From: a virus
Length of the DNA: 64,000 nt
IMG/VR virus record: IMGVR_UViG_3300040806_003461
Span: 1 to 64,000 of that record
Direction: 5' to 3' (one strand)
Positions 19,370 to 30,107 of the stretch are shown in pieces. The notes beneath the pieces were generated by a model, which had not been told where the DNA came from, searched no databases, and was given only the letters and a program-made list of their open reading frames with translations. Both the position numbers and the translations under genes were made by a program. Position 1 is the first letter of the stretch. Each line of letters begins with the position of its first letter.

Positions 19370-22300
19370 GTTAATGCAATCGCTCTGAAGTCGGCCACGT
19401 TTGGCGCTCGGTGAATATTTGGCGAAAGCAAATCAATACGGATTGCGAATTTGCGATATCCAACAAAATCTCCGCCTGCGCCTGATGTATAGAATAATGC
19501 ACCATCACCATTTTTGTTTGCCTCAGGTACCTCATAAACGAATTCTCTGTAATCCATAGGATTTGAGGTAGAAGAATATGCTCTTTCTCCTTCAGTCTTT
19601 TCAAGTTCGATCCAATCAATCGTATCAAATGCTTCACTATCGTATGCGTGTTGTGGGCGAATATAAACTTTAATATCTGAACCTTCAGGTCTATAACCAG
19701 TTAAGTATAAGCGCATATCTTCGGCATCAAGATCTTCCGCAAGTTCAACAACTTTTGAAATATATCTTGCAGTACCAGAGTTATCAACACGATATTGGTT
19801 TGCCATAAGTAAGCTTGTTTCAATATCAATTAAAGGAGAAGAAGTTGTATTTGTACCAGTCATATCAATTGTAATCTCAAACGGTTTAACACTGCTAAGA
19901 TCATTTGATTTACTGTAAAGTACAACACCATTTTTAGCAAAGAAGTTTGCATCACCGAACTTCATCTTTTGTTCGTAGTAATTATTCGTATTCTGAGTAT
20001 CAACAAATCTGCCTTTTATTGTAGTTCTTGATGCAGAATCGTTTGTTCTTTGAATAATTGGTTGAACATAACTTAAATTAATATCATCAATGGATGAAAT
20101 ATCAGCTTCTGTTCCGCTATCTAATCCGTAAACAGTATTTGCTACTTCGAATGGGAATGTTGATGTTGCAGAACTTTCTTCAATATATAAAGTTTCAGGT
20201 CTACGGAAATTATGGTATGTTGCTTTACCAAGAACAACTGGTCGGCCCGTTGCACCAGCAAAAGAAGCCTTTTTAACAGTTGTCATTTCTGATGCAGAAA
20301 CGATTTCAGCAATTTTGAAAACATCTTTTCTTGTTTGACCTGAGTCTTCAATTAAGATATAATCGCCGGCTGCATAAGTATCGTCAAGGTCAGTACCTGT
20401 AATTGTTTTAGAACCAACTGAAATACTTATAGTATCATTACCGCCAACATTATCTTTTAATTGATAAACGTATTCACCCTGAGTAAATTGACCGTTCCAA
20501 TCTAAAAGTGTAAAGAATTCGTGGTCATTATTAGTTAATGTAATTGATCCTTGCGTTGAATTGAAATCATGACGGTATAAAGTAAACTTAAGATCTTCAT
20601 CTTGATATGATTTCCAAGCTTTGTTGTTTGTTGATGTAAACAGAATACCATCACCCCAGTCAGCAACAACTGATTGGCCGTTGGTATCCCCCGGTGTTAA
20701 ATCGGTACCGCCAACCTTTGAAGTATATACCAAATAATTCGGGTCGTTTGCGTCAGGACGAATAACAATACAGTATTCAGTTTCTGTCTCAAGTCTAACA
20801 GGCGCTTCAAAATCAACTGTCGTTACAACACTTGCATCAGCAGAAACATTTACCTGTGAAGGTTTCAGGTGTGTTTGTGAGAATGGGATAATTCTGTTTC
20901 CAGGATATCCATTAACAACTTCTCTTATTTCAACTGTCGTACCGTTAATATTGCTCTTACGGTTAAAGTATAAATCAACCTTTGAAATCATTACTGTATT
21001 AGAACCTTGACCCATACCTTCTTTAATGAAGAATGTTTGAGCAAGAGGATCACCTCGGTTAATTGGTCTTAACGCGACGTTACGAGTTGTTACAGTTTGA
21101 CTGAAATCAATTTCAGGAACGCGTGTTTGTAGAGTTGTTTTTTCCTGTTCAACATTATATGCATGGAAAGAGATTGAACCTCCAGATGTTCCTGCAGACT
21201 CAACGCTGTCGTATTGATTAATGTCATGTATTTCTAATTTTCTTTCACCGACATAGAAAGTTTCGGCAGGAATATCAAAGACTGCTCTTAATACACCATT
21301 ATCATCGGTTTCAACTGCATTTCCTGCCTGTCCAAATTTTTCAACCAATCTTGGTAGATCTTCATCAGTACCAGGAGTTACATTAGCGTCAATGTTTTGA
21401 CCGTCAAAGAAGAAGTAATGACGAGTATTTGGACGCAAGCCTGCCATATAAATTTTAACAGATTGCGGTCTAATAAACGGATTAAACGCAACGTTAGAAA
21501 CAAAATCACCAACCGGGTTTGTTGTACTACCGCTAAGATCAAGTGACGATGTTGTCACCTGTTGCGTTTGCATTAACCAGTTTCTTGTTTGAAAATTTCC
21601 TAAGCTTTGTACTCGAGTTGTTCCTGTGAGTGGAACGAACTCTTGAATTGCATCGGCAAAATCTTGGAAAGGAGTTGCAAGATCAATTGTTGCAGGAACT
21701 GGGTTTGCAACCGTATCAACACCAAAGTCGTGCGACGGAGAAAGTCCGCCTGTGCCGCGATAATCATAAAAGTTACTTACACAGTTTCTAATATTTGTTG
21801 CATACGGCTGTTTTAATAATTGAACGTGTGCATTACGACTCAATGTACCGGTATCAGCAATTGCTGTTGTTGGGAACAATGTTGATGCCGTTGAAGATTT
21901 ATATTTTAAATCTAATGGGAATGTAATTACTGGCGGTGTCATTGTCTTTGTATCAAATGGCACTGCGGCGTTATATTCCGGATCATTCGTATCGGCAAAA
22001 TTCATATTGTTAAATGTTTCAGCAAGATACCCATTTTTAAATCTTGTTAATCCGTTTTCATCAAGAACATTTAAATTCTCGACAGATTGCTCAAGGCTGT
22101 TAAGTGTGATATAATATTCCATGCGTTCTACACGATTATCAATCGCCGCAATATCATTCATTGTGAAACGTTTCACACCTTTACTTCTTGTACGAACAGC
22201 ATATGCAGGTTTCTTTTGACGATCTGCTTCAAACGCTGACAGCGCAGGATATCCTGGAATAAAGATTTCAGAAATAACCATTTTGGTTTTATCAATCTTT

Positions 22301-24678
22301 GGAGGACCCGGATCTTGTGCTTCGCTACCTTGGACAACTTCCATTGAACCGAAAGAATCAATTGTAACTAAATCAATTCTTGCGTTATAAGATTCAATAT
22401 CCATTACCATCGCTTCTTTAACCGCTGGTACAATATAATCTGAACGGCTAAACGTTGGAGCCGTGCCATCCGCAGCTGCACTAATCGTAGGAGCTGTTCC
22501 AGGAGAGTTGGCATTATAATTTGCGTTTGTATCCTTATCAGCATAAGGACGGAAGTCAACGCATTCTCTTAAATTATAATCACGCCCTTGGCCTGTTGAA
22601 TAGACAACTAAATCTTGTGAGCGAACTTTATCGTTAGGTAAAGTTTCTGTATCGTCGTCAATCGGATAACTGTTAATCGTAAAGAAATAACTTCCTGTAC
22701 TTGCGTTTAATTCAAATACCCAAAGCTTAATTGTAATCGTACCGCTTGGTTGTGGGCGACCTGCAATATATTCCATATAAGACAGATCATAATAACCGTC
22801 TTTTTGGTTTGTTCTTAAACGGAAGCTATCAGTATAATCTGTACCTTGAGAATCTACAATGCTTTCAATACGAATAACATCTGGGAAACCTAAACTATAT
22901 TTTGTTGTCCCACCTGAATATGCAACCTTAATATACGGTTTCTTTAAGGTCTTTGCATAAGGAGTTGTTAATTGAATATTTCTATTTGCATAAACTGTTG
23001 CTGTGCCTGTTGCTCCACCGCCTACTGTAATTAATAATTCAGAATCATTTGCTTGAGCAACTGCACTTGTAACAGAACGACTTACGTTTAAAGAATCAAC
23101 AACCACAACATCATCGTTTTGAACGTCGTAGTTATAAACACCGCCACCATTTGTTAATGTAATCTGATTACCTGTAATAGATGCGCCTGTAATTGCAGAG
23201 CGAATAGGCACAGTAATATCAGAAGTACTCTTAACACTGAATACTCCTGTTGGGAAAATCATTGGAGCTTTTTCTTGCTCTTTAATTTTTGAATCTGCGG
23301 CAATTGAAATAGTACCAGCAACGCTATCAATTTGATCCACGTCAGCAAAAGATTTACCTGCCGTTGTAATACGAGATCCGAATAAGTAAATACGATCTTG
23401 CGTTAAGTTACGAATAAATGTTTTACCAATTACAGTACCGCCTTCTTCAAGATCGGCTTCAGTAAATTGTAAATCTATCGTTCCGTTAATTCCTGTTACA
23501 TCAACGTAAGAGCCGTATTCAATTGAGACTGGTTGGTTTTGTAGAATTTCAGTATTTGAAACTTGGTCAATCGTAAAAGATTGTTCACCACCGCTTTCTA
23601 CGCGATAACCTTTAACATACGCAACACCAGGAGATACAACTGCTTTAAGAACATCGCTTCTTTTCTCTGATCTTGTATTGAATCTTTCAACAATATAGTT
23701 TCCTGACTCTTCGTATGTGCGACGAGCCATTTCATCGCCAAGTGCGTTATATTGCGACACATCTCTTAATTGAACCGCGTTGCCGTCAACGTAACGAATC
23801 AGCGTAAAGAAGTCGGCATCGGTATCAGCCAATGTGGTTGTTTTTACAACAAGAACAGGAGTTAATTTTAATCGGTCAGCACCTGGTGCGTTTTCGTTTG
23901 TAGAACCGTTTGCGTTATCAAACAAAGAACTGTCTTGTAATGAACTAACAACTGTTTCTTTTACTTCATAACCAACTGATTTTCCGTCAGGCTGATTGCT
24001 ATATTTTTCAACAATCAAAGTTTGTGGTTCGGTATAAATGAAGTTACCTTTTTGGAAAACAACACCAGCTGAAGATTGAATACCAAATGCTTTACCTGTT
24101 GGGTTCGGATCATCTGGCGAAACGTTAATTGTTTGAATCGCAGGAGTACTGCCAACAAGTGCATCATCAATATAACGATACTGATTAATTTTTAAGTTTT
24201 CACCAGATTGGAAAACTTTGTAGTTGCTTGTTTCGTTTGTTTTCAAATAATTAATGAAGAACGTGTTCAAATCTGGGGGACGAGTTTCAAAACCACGTTC
24301 TGATTCAATAATTTTTGCCTTAAGACCTGTAACTTCACCTTCTAATTCATAAACAATATCTACGTCTGTTTCAACTCCGCCAATTACTTCTTTAACGGTT
24401 TTACTTACGTATGATTTAACGTCAAAGCTAGCCTTATCTCTAACCTTAACATATTCCAATTTGTCTAGGTTTGTAAATGTGCACCCTTTTACAATTGAAC
24501 CTTCTTGGAAAATATTATCACCAAACGTTTCAACCTGATTCTGCAAAATAGATTGAAGTTGAGTAAGCTCTCGTGCCTGCACGGCATATCCTGGTTTATA
24601 CAGAATACGATAAAACTGTTTCTCTGTATCAAAATCATCAAAATATGGTGCAATATTTAGATCTGTATTAATAGGCAT
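19366..24678 (-). CDS. Large virion structural protein, VrlC/DUF4815 type
   Basis: N-terminus TDLNIAPYFDDFD...ILYKPGYAVQARELTQLQSILQNQ, internal ARRTYEESGNY and DPLAQTF motifs. Confidence 0.85.
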   Translation of the reverse strand: MPINTDLNIAPYFDDFDTEKQFYRILYKPGYAVQARELTQLQSILQNQVETFGDNIFQEGSIVKGCTFTNLDKLEYVKVRDKASFDVKSYVSKTVKEVIGGVETDVDIVYELEGEVTGLKAKIIESERGFETRPPDLNTFFINYLKTNETSNYKVFQSGENLKINQYRYIDDALVGSTPAIQTINVSPDDPNPTGKAFGIQSSAGVVFQKGNFIYTEPQTLIVEKYSNQPDGKSVGYEVKETVVSSLQDSSLFDNANGSTNENAPGADRLKLTPVLVVKTTTLADTDADFFTLIRYVDGNAVQLRDVSQYNALGDEMARRTYEESGNYIVERFNTRSEKRSDVLKAVVSPGVAYVKGYRVESGGEQSFTIDQVSNTEILQNQPVSIEYGSYVDVTGINGTIDLQFTEADLEEGGTVIGKTFIRNLTQDRIYLFGSRITTAGKSFADVDQIDSVAGTISIAADSKIKEQEKAPMIFPTGVFSVKSTSDITVPIRSAITGASITGNQITLTNGGGVYNYDVQNDDVVVVDSLNVSRSVTSAVAQANDSELLITVGGGATGTATVYANRNIQLTTPYAKTLKKPYIKVAYSGGTTKYSLGFPDVIRIESIVDSQGTDYTDSFRLRTNQKDGYYDLSYMEYIAGRPQPSGTITIKLWVFELNASTGSYFFTINSYPIDDDTETLPNDKVRSQDLVVYSTGQGRDYNLRECVDFRPYADKDTNANYNANSPGTAPTISAAADGTAPTFSRSDYIVPAVKEAMVMDIESYNARIDLVTIDSFGSMEVVQGSEAQDPGPPKIDKTKMVISEIFIPGYPALSAFEADRQKKPAYAVRTRSKGVKRFTMNDIAAIDNRVERMEYYITLNSLEQSVENLNVLDENGLTRFKNGYLAETFNNMNFADTNDPEYNAAVPFDTKTMTPPVITFPLDLKYKSSTASTLFPTTAIADTGTLSRNAHVQLLKQPYATNIRNCVSNFYDYRGTGGLSPSHDFGVDTVANPVPATIDLATPFQDFADAIQEFVPLTGTTRVQSLGNFQTRNWLMQTQQVTTSSLDLSGSTTNPVGDFVSNVAFNPFIRPQSVKIYMAGLRPNTRHYFFFDGQNIDANVTPGTDEDLPRLVEKFGQAGNAVETDDNGVLRAVFDIPAETFYVGERKLEIHDINQYDSVESAGTSGGSISFHAYNVEQEKTTLQTRVPEIDFSQTVTTRNVALRPINRGDPLAQTFFIKEGMGQGSNTVMISKVDLYFNRKSNINGTTVEIREVVNGYPGNRIIPFSQTHLKPSQVNVSADASVVTTVDFEAPVRLETETEYCIVIRPDANDPNYLVYTSKVGGTDLTPGDTNGQSVVADWGDGILFTSTNNKAWKSYQDEDLKFTLYRHDFNSTQGSITLTNNDHEFFTLLDWNGQFTQGEYVYQLKDNVGGNDTISISVGSKTITGTDLDDTYAAGDYILIEDSGQTRKDVFKIAEIVSASEMTTVKKASFAGATGRPVVLGKATYHNFRRPETLYIEESSATSTFPFEVANTVYGLDSGTEADISSIDDINLSYVQPIIQRTNDSASRTTIKGRFVDTQNTNNYYEQKMKFGDANFFAKNGVVLYSKSNDLSSVKPFEITIDMTGTNTTSSPLIDIETSLLMANQYRVDNSGTARYISKVVELAEDLDAEDMRLYLTGYRPEGSDIKVYIRPQHAYDSEAFDTIDWIELEKTEGERAYSSTSNPMDYREFVYEVPEANKNGDGALFYTSGAGGDFVGYRKFAIRIDLLSPNIHRAPNVADFRAIALT

Positions 24679-24692
24679 TTAATTTAACTTCC

Positions 24693-26375
24693 TTAAAATT
24701 CCAGCAACAGTTTATATTCTTCTCTTGACTGATTGGTTCTATCCAACGGAGTAAAGTCTTCCATAAAGTAAACCAAGCCAGAACGTTGGGTATACGGTGA
24801 TTCGGTTACATTGTTGGCTACAGGAGTATTTATCTCGATTGTCACGCCTGACTCATTCTGAAAATCAATCGTCGGATCAAATGCGATATCATTTCCAACC
24901 TGAGGCGCATGGATGCGATTGTAGTTATAAAGATAAATTGTATTTGCCGATGCGTCAATCTCGTGAACACGTCCTGCAAAGCATGTTTCATTTTCGTCGT
25001 TAACCTGTGAAAGAACTTCATTAACAACGACCGATCCATAATCGTTTGTTACAATCTTTATTCTGTTATCAAAAACATTTGGATTGTGCAAGTCTGTATT
25101 TGCGCTTTCCCATTGAGGTTCTTTCACGATACCCAAATGCGAATAACTATTCGTTGCGCCAATTGAGTTATTATCATCTTCAGTAATGTATCCGTATAAT
25201 AAAATATGACGGCATTTCATTTCTTCAAGACGGTCAGTATTGTGTCCACCTTTTGGCGACAAGATCGGCCTGATTCCAGCACGAATATCAACCGTGTTAG
25301 GATCATCAGGATTAAAGTCATATAAAGGATCTACAATGTTTGCTTGTACTGTATGATATCCTTCGCCTTTATTTGTTACAAGAACGGACGTAATTTTTCC
25401 ACCTTCAACAATAGGATACGCTTCTGCGCCAGATCCATTACCTTGAATTTGTATTCTTGGTACAATTTGGAATTTCGCACCTTTTGTTACTCCGTCTCCA
25501 TAAGGATCGTCGTTTGCTGAAACTTGTATTGTTGCTTCTGCGTCTGGGTTATCTTCATCAATTCCGTAGGTATACGTTGAGATTGTATAAATTTTAGTTA
25601 CACCACCCGTTGTGATTACAATTGACATCCCAGAATAATAATTCGTAATTTCGTTTAATGGTAAAGCAAGATCGCCTGAAACTTTTAATTCGCCATCGAG
25701 TGCGGCGTTTGCTTCAAGCTTACCTGTTGCTCTAGGATACCCAGAGTTTGCATCAACGTTCTCAACAAAGATTTGGTCAATTGGAGAACCGGTTGTTGTT
25801 GGCTGAGTATTCGCAGGCGCATTGTTTGCATCAGAATCAAACGGTGCATATATGAAATCATCAACGACAGGAATATAACCTACCGCATTATATGCTTCAA
25901 ATTCTGTTTGCGTCAACTTGTACATATATTTCCAAATGTACCCATCAGCAGTACGATAAATTTGGTCAGTTGTTGTCGCATTAAAGTTTGGTGCGTTTGA
26001 AACAGTTCCGCCATTATTATTATAAAGGCATTTATAAACGCGGTAATCGCCAGTATCGTTAATGTTCGGACCAACTACGCAATAAAATCTTTCGCCTTCA
26101 AGAGTAACCGAATCGTCATACTGAACAAAAGATTGCCCTTCTTGCCATGGATAATATTTAACCATAAATTTACAATCAGAATTAAGAATCTTTTTGCCAA
26201 AAATAACATTGTCTAAAAATTCATTCTTACTGCTAATTGAATTTACAACTTCTCGGCGGTCTTCGCCTAACCTAGTTACTGAAGACACAAACACGTAAAA
26301 ATCGTTTGCCTGTAAATCATCATAGAACAGGCGAACGGTATCGGTTTTCAAAAGTGATGTAAGTGTTTCAGCCAT
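24693..26375 (-). CDS. gp8: Baseplate wedge subunit gp8-like
   Basis: YRVYKCLYNN, TADGYIWKYMY and ILSPKGGH motifs; C-terminus DRTNQSREEYKLLLEF. Confidence 0.8.
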   Translation of the reverse strand: MAETLTSLLKTDTVRLFYDDLQANDFYVFVSSVTRLGEDRREVVNSISSKNEFLDNVIFGKKILNSDCKFMVKYYPWQEGQSFVQYDDSVTLEGERFYCVVGPNINDTGDYRVYKCLYNNNGGTVSNAPNFNATTTDQIYRTADGYIWKYMYKLTQTEFEAYNAVGYIPVVDDFIYAPFDSDANNAPANTQPTTTGSPIDQIFVENVDANSGYPRATGKLEANAALDGELKVSGDLALPLNEITNYYSGMSIVITTGGVTKIYTISTYTYGIDEDNPDAEATIQVSANDDPYGDGVTKGAKFQIVPRIQIQGNGSGAEAYPIVEGGKITSVLVTNKGEGYHTVQANIVDPLYDFNPDDPNTVDIRAGIRPILSPKGGHNTDRLEEMKCRHILLYGYITEDDNNSIGATNSYSHLGIVKEPQWESANTDLHNPNVFDNRIKIVTNDYGSVVVNEVLSQVNDENETCFAGRVHEIDASANTIYLYNYNRIHAPQVGNDIAFDPTIDFQNESGVTIEINTPVANNVTESPYTQRSGLVYFMEDFTPLDRTNQSREEYKLLLEF

Positions 26376-26397
26376 TCGTTTTACCTTTGTTTTCCAT

Positions 26398-26405
26398 TAT
26401 TTATA
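26398..26405 (-). promoter_or_regulatory. T4-type late promoter TATAAATA upstream of gp8
   Basis: Exact consensus in the short intergenic gap. Confidence 0.75.
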
Positions 26406-29348
26406 TTAACTCACCGTGATTGTATTTGACATGGAGCCGTGGAATTGGCAGTTATAATAATAAGTACCTGCACTTCCGACAGTCCAATCAACTGGGCCTT
26501 CTTGCATTCCTTGACCGTCAACGCCGCTTGCCTGATTTCCAGTGCCTGTTCCTTGTACTGTCTTAATGTAAAAAGGATGGCCTGACGCACTTAAATTAAA
26601 TCTTACTTTATCTCCTGCATTAAACGCAAGAGTAGGATTATCTGAGCCGCCGCTTACAGTTCCATTTCTATCTGTTCCTGACATTACATATCCTGCCGAG
26701 CCATTATTATTCACGGTGATTGTAAAGTCAGGTGCAAATGAACCTTGTGAACTTTGTGGATCCATGTATTTTGTTTGTTGAATTTTAGTACGAGGAAATA
26801 GCATTCCACTTATTGGACGATATGACAAAGTTTTTAATGGATAGCTTTGTCCTTCGGTTTTTCTTTGATTAATCCAACGTAAATATTTATTAGGAGCACC
26901 CTGCAGACTATTTGTATCCATTGCATCATCTGCTTCGGTGTCTTGCATTTGATCTACTGAGGCATAGGTTGATAACCAAGTTTCAGCTTGAGCTTGATCC
27001 ATGTTTGGCCACGATTCTGCAAGGATTGCAAGTACTCCTGCAACCTGTGGTCCTGACATACTTGTACCTTGATACTTCCCAAGATCATAAGAACTGTTTC
27101 TTGCGTCGGTTACTCCGCCTGTATGTAAAGAACTTTGAATTGCTTCCCCTGCGGCAAAAATATCAACCTGACTGCCTACATTTGAAAATGGTGCTTTGTC
27201 TTCTTGCGTATCATTTGACGTGGCGCCTACGTTAATTACCGGTGCATAACCAGCGCCTGATCCTGTACCACGATTTAGCCACCATGTAAATGGAGTACCG
27301 TTATAAGACATAAGAAAATCGTTATTATAATCTTGGTCTGAGCTGTTTACTGTTTTCCAAGATGCGTTACCAGCTGATGCTACAATAATGATTCCATCAT
27401 CAATTGCATCTTGCATGTCGGCTTGTCTTGATGTAAAATAATATGGGATACTCATAACACGACTTGCAAGAGGACAATAAAAACCGCGTGCTTGTAATTC
27501 AGCTTGTGTTAATTCGCGCCCAGGATTAAAATCTGTTCCACGATAATTTACACGTGTTGGTATACCTGTATCATAACCGTCTTGTGCTGCAGTTGCGCCT
27601 GCCTTAATTGTAGATCCATAACTGTTGTTTGTAATCGTTGGGTTGCGACGCCCAGTTGCTACATTGATTGGTTTACTATTGTGCCACGCACGAATATAGT
27701 CCCACATAAGGCTGCTAGAAAGGCTATTTGGGTTTGTACTATATGGACTTATGTTGTAAATATTGGCGTCTCTAGCCCAGCCTTGAGTGTTTCCAGCAAC
27801 GGTACCAGCACAATGGCAACCATGATTATTATCATCTTCATCAATTGAGTTTGTATATGATCCACTGCGGTCATAAACGTAAGTTCCAGTTCCAGCGCCA
27901 ACGTTGTTTTGAAACCAATTTATCTGCTTTATTCTTGAAGCACCGTTTGATGCTGGTGTATAATATGAAGGACCGAGATCATTATCCCTAAAAATATCTC
28001 TTAAAACAGCAAAGTCTGGTTTACTTAACACTGGTTCAAAATATGATTTAAATAGGGCGTACCCTTTCGGATTATTAGTTAACATTCCAGATGGAGTTTT
28101 TACTGAGTCAGACCATTCCGGTGACAGTGATCCGCCATCCCAAAAAGTACTCATATCCCACATTGACCAGTTAATCAAATACATATATTCTTTATAAGCT
28201 ACCTCAGCTGCCTCATCCACTGTTGCCCAATCGGATGCATAACCAGACGGATCAAAAAATCCGCCATCAATAGCTTCTTTCATAGCAAGGTGCAATTCTG
28301 TTGTTTGCCAATTAACATTATTAGTTGCTAACCAATTCACAGCTGTTTCAGATCCCGGCACCGCACCCATAATACCAAACAAATGTATTGTGTGCATAAG
28401 ATGTTCTACAAGTTCTTCAATATCTCTATCACCAACCGATGGGCTTGGCCCGCTAATATTAGCATACCAAACCATATCGTTATGTACGTGGTTATCTAAA
28501 AAATCTACGTATCCTGCATACTGTGCAGCGCCTACATCTGTTAAAAAGTTTGGACTATATTCAGAACCACCACCGTATGCAATTCTTTGAACGGCAGGAA
28601 GTCCTGCGTGTATAGTTCCTGTAGCGCCTTGTAATGTTTTAATTAAATTGATTTGATGGTCTACATTAATAAGAGGATATGTTGGATCAATTAACAATGT
28701 TACCATTTTGGCAGTTTTTTCTGCCCACATATCAGGTACTGCGGTTTGACCTCCAACTGCGCCCGCAACAACCATCTTTAAACCACGAGCTGTTATTTGT
28801 CTATCAAATACTGCACCATTTGAACTATTATTTGCTAAAGACGTGTCAACATAATCTGAAACAGTATTTGTCTGAGCAAACTCTGGGTGCGCAGGATCAA
28901 TATGACCGTCTATTATTACAACGTCAACGTTTTTACCAGATGCTGTAATGGTTAAATCTGTTTGAACTAATGAGGTACCATTGCCACCCCAATTACTGCG
29001 ATTTGTTTCTTCACTGTGGCGGAGCAAACCCCAGTTTAAATCATCAGGATCACTAGTCCAACTTTTATCAAACTCACCGTTTGTAATTGTATAACCCATT
29101 GGGACAGTTGTCAAATCAACGAGTTCAGCAAGCTCAACATCCCATACTCTAGGATCAGATTTAACTAACATTGCTTCTTCTATCGTAAGCATATAATGTG
29201 TGTTACGAGAAATTGGGCGGCGATGAGCTACTTCCATGCGTCTATGAGGAATGGTGATTGCACCACCTTCATTTTCCATATCATGGTAAAAATCGTCAAG
29301 GTCTTCTTTGTTATGAAGAGTGACAATCCATTCCTTAAGATCCGACAT
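26406..29348 (-). CDS. Subtilisin-like (S8) serine protease with an inserted domain and a C-terminal cupredoxin-like domain
   Basis: Catalytic triad motifs VDVVIIDG (Asp), HGCHCAGTVAG (His), GTSMSGPQVAG (Ser); C-terminal GHPF...YYYNCQFHGSM. Confidence 0.85.
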   Translation of the reverse strand: MSDLKEWIVTLHNKEDLDDFYHDMENEGGAITIPHRRMEVAHRRPISRNTHYMLTIEEAMLVKSDPRVWDVELAELVDLTTVPMGYTITNGEFDKSWTSDPDDLNWGLLRHSEETNRSNWGGNGTSLVQTDLTITASGKNVDVVIIDGHIDPAHPEFAQTNTVSDYVDTSLANNSSNGAVFDRQITARGLKMVVAGAVGGQTAVPDMWAEKTAKMVTLLIDPTYPLINVDHQINLIKTLQGATGTIHAGLPAVQRIAYGGGSEYSPNFLTDVGAAQYAGYVDFLDNHVHNDMVWYANISGPSPSVGDRDIEELVEHLMHTIHLFGIMGAVPGSETAVNWLATNNVNWQTTELHLAMKEAIDGGFFDPSGYASDWATVDEAAEVAYKEYMYLINWSMWDMSTFWDGGSLSPEWSDSVKTPSGMLTNNPKGYALFKSYFEPVLSKPDFAVLRDIFRDNDLGPSYYTPASNGASRIKQINWFQNNVGAGTGTYVYDRSGSYTNSIDEDDNNHGCHCAGTVAGNTQGWARDANIYNISPYSTNPNSLSSSLMWDYIRAWHNSKPINVATGRRNPTITNNSYGSTIKAGATAAQDGYDTGIPTRVNYRGTDFNPGRELTQAELQARGFYCPLASRVMSIPYYFTSRQADMQDAIDDGIIIVASAGNASWKTVNSSDQDYNNDFLMSYNGTPFTWWLNRGTGSGAGYAPVINVGATSNDTQEDKAPFSNVGSQVDIFAAGEAIQSSLHTGGVTDARNSSYDLGKYQGTSMSGPQVAGVLAILAESWPNMDQAQAETWLSTYASVDQMQDTEADDAMDTNSLQGAPNKYLRWINQRKTEGQSYPLKTLSYRPISGMLFPRTKIQQTKYMDPQSSQGSFAPDFTITVNNNGSAGYVMSGTDRNGTVSGGSDNPTLAFNAGDKVRFNLSASGHPFYIKTVQGTGTGNQASGVDGQGMQEGPVDWTVGSAGTYYYNCQFHGSMSNTITVS

Positions 29349-30077
29349 TTATGCCTCCAATTGGATAACAGTAAGTGTTACTTCAACGGTTGCAGTTGAG
29401 CCTGATAAGTTAGTTACTCGACAAGGGATTGTAGTACCAGGCGTTCCTTCAAAGCTATAACCGATTGTCCCTGGAGATATTTGAACGATACCTGCACCTG
29501 TTGTAATTACTTCAGCAATAACACCTGAACCTGGATCTGGGTCAGTTGCTTGAGTTCTTGATGCGTCGGCAGATCTTGCAGATGCGTGTGTATAAACTCT
29601 AATCCAAGCCGCACGGTCAGTTTCAATTGCAAGAAGTGCATAACCTTTAAATGCGTTTGTGATATTAAGATCAGCCGAAGCATCATCCGCAAGAGATGAA
29701 GTTGTGCCTACCTTTGTAGTACGAGAACTTAAACCGATACCACCACCGTCTTGAAAGGTAATCCCACCACTTCCGTTCGTTGTAAGTACTTGACCAGTAG
29801 TTCCATCACTAATACCTAAATCTAAAATTGTGGACGGAACATCAGCAGGTGTAAATACAAATGCGCCAGTGCTATCATTATAAGTAAGGTTGCCATTACC
29901 GCTTGCCGATCCAACAGTTAAACTTAAGTCTGTTGTAGAAATGCCGGTTAAAGAGTTGTTTGCCCAGTTCGAGTATAATTCATCGAAGTTGGAATTTGTC
30001 TTGACGAAAGCATTACGAAGTGTATCGCCTGTGCCGTCGTCAGGAACAGTACCCGTATTGATTACTTGCTTTGCCAT
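29349..30077 (-). CDS. Baseplate/fibre connector protein with gp9/gp10-like N-terminus
   Basis: MAKQVINTGTVPDDGTGDTLRNAFVKTNSNFDELY. Confidence 0.75.
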   Translation of the reverse strand: MAKQVINTGTVPDDGTGDTLRNAFVKTNSNFDELYSNWANNSLTGISTTDLSLTVGSASGNGNLTYNDSTGAFVFTPADVPSTILDLGISDGTTGQVLTTNGSGGITFQDGGGIGLSSRTTKVGTTSSLADDASADLNITNAFKGYALLAIETDRAAWIRVYTHASARSADASRTQATDPDPGSGVIAEVITTGAGIVQISPGTIGYSFEGTPGTTIPCRVTNLSGSTATVEVTLTVIQLEA

Positions 30078-30099
30078 TTTTGCTCCTGTCTTTTTCTAT

Positions 30100-30107
30100 T
30101 ATTTATC
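30100..30107 (-). promoter_or_regulatory. Probable late promoter variant GATAAATA
   Basis: One mismatch from consensus, intergenic, upstream of an AGGAG RBS. Confidence 0.45.

Noticed and set aside
27940-28870. Intein within the S8 protease
   Set aside because: No Cys/Ser start with His-Asn end and no LAGLIDADG motifs recognised
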